64,000 nt of DNA, from assembly GCF_018350175.1 (NCBI RefSeq), contig NC_058373.1, forward strand, positions 113,896,001-113,960,000, given 5' to 3'. A program made the translations under genes and the position numbers. Below are positions 58,762-64,000 of this stretch, in pieces (position 1 is the first letter of the stretch; every line of letters begins with the position of its first letter). A model generated the notes under the pieces. It did no database searches. It saw only the letters and a program-made list of their open reading frames with translations, and was not told the origin of the DNA. The stretch comes from Felis catus (Eukaryota).

Positions 58762-61700
58762 TTACTAAGTTTGTGGCTGGCTTGTTGCTTGGATCATGTT
58801 GATGGAACCATGTTCACTGCTTGGGTCCATGGTATGATTCCCTTCACTGGGGTTTCTTCCACTCTTGAATTATCCAGTTCCCAGGTGGGAGAGCCCAAGA
58901 AGAGAAGCGGACCCCAGAGGTCAAGGACTTTCTCTGCATTGCTCCTGCCCCATAGCATTGTGCCTGGAGAAGGAAAGAGAGGACAAATTGAATTTTCCCT
59001 ATTTTTTTAGAATAACTTCTCACAGGTACAGTGTGCTTGTCAATTTTCAGCCTGCCTTTCACAAGCATTATTTCATTCTGTGGGGAGAATGGAACCTTCA
59101 AGACTTATGCAAATTGACCAAAAATCACCGCCCTATGAACCTAAGGGTGGAAATCCAGATTTCTGGTTTTATAATCTACATTGTTCTCAACCAGGCTCTG
59201 TGAATCAAAGTATTTTCCGTTTTAGTTTTTTGTTTTGTTGACAGAAACTCAGGCAACTAGATTATTACGAAGTCGAGTGACTGGTTATTGACTAGGTTAT
59301 TGTGACTGTTCTGTGGCCAAGGACATGTTTCTTAGATGCCCTTGCCAATTCTTCCTGGTGGTCATCGAAAATACTAAGAGTGACTGGATCTCAGTCATTG
59401 GGAATATCTCTTTTCCCCATACTGATCAGCAGAGAAAGGATCTAACCGTCCAGCTGGCCCAAGACTCCATGCACTATTCTAAAGTCATCTGGGATTTGGG
59501 CAGAAGGACTGGGCTCCTGTCCACACAAGCACAGTTGGTAGGTGAGGTTGACGTATGGTGACAGTGGCTCCTGTGCAAGATTGAAGCTCTGCTCAACCTG
59601 CACCATTGGCTTTCTCTCCTCTGAGGACTTAATGGGATAGCAGTAACTTCAGTGTGGTGACACAGCCCATTTCAGGAGTCCCAGACAGCTTCATGGAAAG
59701 GAAGACATGATTAGGCTGCCATCCTGGCATTTCTAGCGTCTGGCATGTTAGTATCCTCTTATCAGCATTAATAGTTTTTGACAGATAATAGCACTCGAAA
59801 ACTAAAAATTAAAAGTGCATGGATGGGTAAAGGAAAGAACTTAAGAGAAAAAGTGGTACTTACTAGAACCAAGAGTGGTTTCTAGTTTTAGTGTTGGAAG
59901 CCTTTCTATTCCAGTTGAATTGATGGCTGATTTCATGTGCAAGAGAAAGTATTTTGGGATTCATACTCCTCAAGCAACCATCCCTGCAAAAAGCTGGAGT
60001 CCCTTTGAAAGATTATATGCAAGTGCATGGCTTGTGTCTCTTTTAAAATAAATTCAACAAGCAAGAGCAGCTCAGAATGGTTGGGGCGAATCAGGGACTT
60101 ATGGTTGTGAAAGAAGCAAACTTCAAAGCATGGTATGAATTTTCAAGTTTTATTTCCACTCTTGCTTTCCAGCTGGATCTGCTCTGGATTTACTGCAGGA
60201 TGTTTGAAAATGTGGCTCCCTGCTAATCTCAGACAGTTGCTATGATCAATGGTTTCTTTCATTTCCGATAAAAAACACTGGTGTTTCTGCTTAAATTGTG
60301 TGTACTTTCAGCTTTATTATTATAGTTGTAATTTATTGTCCAGCATTACCCAAATTTGTAATCCATTAACCACAGACTTTGGGGTTGGTTGGTCAAGTTA
60401 GCAGAACTCTCTCCATACTTTAGCTCCAAGGCCCTCCACAGCCCAATCCCAGACTAAGAATGTGCACTGGTTGGGGTAGGACCATGTACAAATGAGTCTG
60501 AGTGGAGCAGCCTTAAAAATCCACTTCTCAGGGGTATGGTGCAGGTTGGCTGTAATTATTGCTTTGAAAACATGAAGTGTCACCGTGTGCCTATGAGGTT
60601 AACATTAACAACTGTGATCAGCATTGTTAACATTAACATATCTATATAGCATTTTAAAATGTCCTAAAATGATGAATCACTTAAACCACCTCAAGCAACT
60701 GAAGCATGAAGGAGAGAAGGGAATTACTCAAAGCCCACACAATAAGCAAGTGGTGGTGGTGCTGGTCCAGGAACAGAAGTTAGAGCCCCTCCCATGAAAG
60801 CCTGGATTTGGATACCGTTGCCTTTTAGGAGTACGTTTTGGATAAAAATGGTTAAGGGTCCTAGTGACCTTTTGACCTTTTATCCCCAAGCCACAGGACA
60901 TATATCAACACACACAACCTCACATGCTTCCATTCACAAGGGACACACCACACCTACCCATGTCCCATCCTCCCTGGTATTCAAGGGTCCGTGGCACTTA
61001 GCTGAATGTATATTACTTCCAACAGCTGTTCAGACGCCACGAAAGACCTAATTGATAGAAAAAGATTAAAAGCACTAAAACCCTGTGGTGTTTAGCTAAA
61101 GAAAGCCTACTTATTATTATGCGAGGTAGGGGCAGCTAGAGTTGAGAGAGGATGGACACAGCATGCAAAGGTCTGACAAGCTGTAAATCTCAAAAGGGAC
61201 AGGAGCTTGTTAAAGATGTGCAGCAGGGAGACCAGGGAGTGACAGGACCAAGGAAGAGGGATCAATAGGAGGAAGGGAACACTGAAGTGAGTCACCAGGA
61301 AGTGCTTCTTGGTCAGGAGCTCTGTTTTGCTAGCAATAGTTTGCCAAAGAGAGACACATTGGAAGCATGAGGTACGTTACGATCAAATTAGATGAACATC
61401 AGAGAGCTTTCTTGGGGGACGGTCTTTGAGGTGGTTCATGGGAAGGCTGGGCTAGATATTTTGAAAATATTTTACTCCTATCCACAGACTTCTTCACTAC
61501 TTAGGATTTACTGGCTAATTTCCCAGATCTGCACATGTTCCTGTTACCATCTCAGTGTCATGAAGGCAGAAGGGACAAGAACACCAAAGCCAGTCTTGTC
61601 AATTGCTTCAACTACAGAGATGATGGGGCCAAAAGCCCAAGAATGAGATGCTGGGGAGTTGGGGGGGTGTGATCCCAGAGGGGTTCAAATTGGAAGGATT

Positions 61701-62559
61701 TTCTGAGGTCAGATTTGTGTTTACCATCATCAAAGAGAATTCTATACCAAATATGAGAAGCCTCTAGGTCAGAGATCATAAAGAAGGGAAGAATGGCTGG
61801 TTTCTAGGAGTGGTGCCCAGAGGATAACTTAGTTTGCATTGTAATGTGACATGAAAAACCCAGAATGCATTTGTGATCTTTGCTAGGATGTGGGGAGGAT
61901 TATAACAGGGTCTGGCAAGGTGGTCTAGCCCAAGGATGGTCCAGCTGATCTCTGACCTAGGTTCAGTTCTCTCTGAGGGCTTTGCTTTTCTCCATTTTTC
62001 AGATAAGCCACTCAATAAATACTGGTTGGATTAAGCTGCATTTCATTTGGTCATACTGACATTTCCTATGCAATAGCTGAATTCCTGCATATATTAGCAT
62101 AGTTTTAGAGCTATGGCCCCTCCAAAAACAACTTTTTTGGCTCAATGAAGAGACTTTCAAGTGCCTTCCAACCTGATGATTTTGTGAGTTGTAGAGCCCC
62201 TGCTATATGCACTATGTTAATGTTATAGGAAATTCAGAAATGAGCAAGATATGGTCCTTGCCCACAAGATATTTACAGTGTAGTTTGAGAATAGTTCTAA
62301 AGGAGAACATTATTAGGTAGAATGTGTGTGGTGCTTTCAGACAAGACGGTGTGCACCAAAGCTTCCAGGATTTAGGAAGAAGAACACATCTCTTTGAGCA
62401 GAGGGGAATCTGAAGGGTCCAGGGAGGAAAATATAGGAGATAGCACTTGAGGGATAGAAAGGATTTCAACAGGCAAAGACGAGTAAAGATCAGGAAATGC
62501 TAGAACTAAGGCATTAAGTTCAAAATGGGCCATGTCCTGCCCGTATCTCCTGTTACTCT

Positions 62560-62970
62560 CCCCCCTATCTATTCTAGCCTCATAGCCCACACTCTTGTTT
62601 CTCACATTCACCAAAGTGTTTCTGCCTCTGCGCTTTTGCATTTGCTATTCCGACTGACTGGAGCACTTGTCCATATCCCCTCCTTGGCCTCCTTTTTCAC
62701 TACATTCAGTGTTGCTCAAGGGTCCTCTTAGAGAAGTCTTTCTTCACCTCTCTATCTAAGATGGAGCCCCTAGCCCCATCCCATCCTCTTCTTTCTTCCA
62801 AGCCTGCTTTAATTTTCTTCATTGTCCTTATCACTACCTGACTTCATATTATAAATTAACCTATGGGTTTACTGCCTGCCTCCTTTGCTTTCATATAATC
62901 GCCTCAAGGGCAGGACTTTGTCTTGATCACTCCTATATTCTATAGTTCCTGGAGAGTACTCAGTAAATCT
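62560..62970 (+). mobile_element. L2 fragment, flanked by probable antisense L2 relics (~62200-62500 and ~63050-63500)
   Basis: GCTTTTGCATTTGCTATTCC...CTTATCACTACCTGAC...AGGGGCAGGACTTTGTCTTGATCACT. Confidence 0.7.
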
Positions 62971-63736
62971 GGGATCTGTGTTGTAAGAAAATGCAGGATA
63001 TGCTGGGAAGAGGGCAAAGGAGCCTCATTTGCCTGTGGTGGTCATTTGTAATAAATCTAGAAATGGGTTGGGGCCAGACTTTGAATGCCAGACTGAATTT
63101 AGATTTTATGCTAAAATGATCATAACTATGCACTCTCAAGGTTATCTGGATGAGATGTGTAGGATGGTTAGGGATAGGGAGATTGGAAGTAGGGAGACAA
63201 TGAACTCATTGAATATCTAGGGAAGTGGAGCATCCATTGTGTACCAGCAACTATACTTAGTGCTGAGAATACAGAGATGGAAAAATGACATTCTAGATAG
63301 AGGGCATATCATTACCAAAGATATGATGGGAAGAGCATGGTCATGTGAAGAGGTGAAATAATTCCTTATGACTGGGAGTATGGGGGAGGGGGGTGGATGT
63401 AGGAGAAATGCAAGGGATGAGACTTGAGAAGTAGGCAGTGTGGATCGTGGACATCTGGCATGCCACATTAGGGAGTTTATGACTTTTCCCAAAGCCCCCG
63501 TGAGAAGAATGTGAAGATAATCCATTGGCAACACGTCATTTCCTCGATCAACATGATTGATGAGGCTTATTTGAGTGGCTGAGAATGTTTCTCTTTCCTC
63601 CCTTACAGTTCCATGTGCATCCCTTCCAAAGCCACATGCTCAATCAAAGAAGATGGACGATCTTTCCAGATAGAGTAGTGCTGTTCTTTAGTCAAGGATA
63701 TAGAGTGGTTGTGTTTCCATACCAGAACCTCTATTC

Positions 63737-63930
63737 CAGTGGTTCTCAAACTTCAGCATGCATTAGAATCACCAGGGGTGAGGGTGGGGTGGGTATTAAT
63801 GTATACATTGCTGGGCCCCCACTCCCAGGGCTTCATTCAGTCAGGAGAGGGGCCAGATAATTTGCATTTCTAACAGATTCTCAGGCGTTGTTGATACTGC
63901 TGGTCTAGGGACCATACTTTGAGAACAATT
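63737..63930. mobile_element. MER5A-like hAT-Charlie MITE
   Basis: TIRs CAGTGGTTCTCAAA / TTTGAGAACAATT, internal AATTTGCATTTCTAACA, and an 8-bp TSD CTCTATTC (63729-63736) / CTTTATTC (63931-63938). Confidence 0.9.
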
Positions 63931-64000
63931 CTTTATTCAGTGGGTTTCTTATCTGTGTTAGGCACCAAGAATACCAAGATGAATGTGTCTCCATCTGAGC

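Larger units (their letters stand above)
54437..64000 (+). other. RAD51B: 5' portion of the RAD51B intron downstream of this exon (human intron 8 equivalent)
   Basis: Begins GTAAGG. The next expected coding segment (TSGSSCVIAALGNTWSHSVNTRL-like) was not seen in the window. Confidence 0.85.

Noticed and set aside
63585..63720. Strong acceptor-like tract TTTCTCTTTCCTCCCTTACAG
   Set aside because: No good downstream donor, and the translation does not resemble the next RAD51B exon.
1..64000. CRISPR arrays, operons, intact retroviral or transposase ORFs, rRNA/snRNA genes
   Set aside because: None seen. All recurring sequences are dispersed SINE/LINE copies or microsatellites of a mammalian intron.

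Overview
This is mammalian genomic DNA from a felid/feliform carnivore, inferred from about 20 SINEC (CAN-SINE) copies and carnivore L1 ends. The only coding sequence I can support is one 97-bp plus-strand exon (54340-54436, VILTNQITTHLSGALASQADLVSPADDLSLSE/G). It matches my recollection of RAD51B (human exon 8), so the rest of the window is RAD51B intron. The introns contain SINEC, L1, L2, MIR, MLT/ERVL LTR, hAT-Charlie relics and microsatellites, interspersed with unique, motif-rich stretches that look like enhancers or an insulator. The other supplied ORFs appear spurious, and there are no RNA genes or CRISPR arrays. I found no convincing new multi-gene system. The most interesting observations are: a tailless ~53-bp insertion resembling the extreme 5' end of an L1, with a target-site duplication (35095-35147); a decapitated SINE joined to an inverted templated copy of nearby DNA (12198-12538); a microhomology-type tandem duplication (25305-25735); a candidate recursive-splice site with a poison exon (31189-31394); a possible ancient LINE endonuclease relic (~28400-28860); and several candidate regulatory clusters. 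Repeat family names come from remembered consensus sequences, and boundaries of old repeats are approximate.
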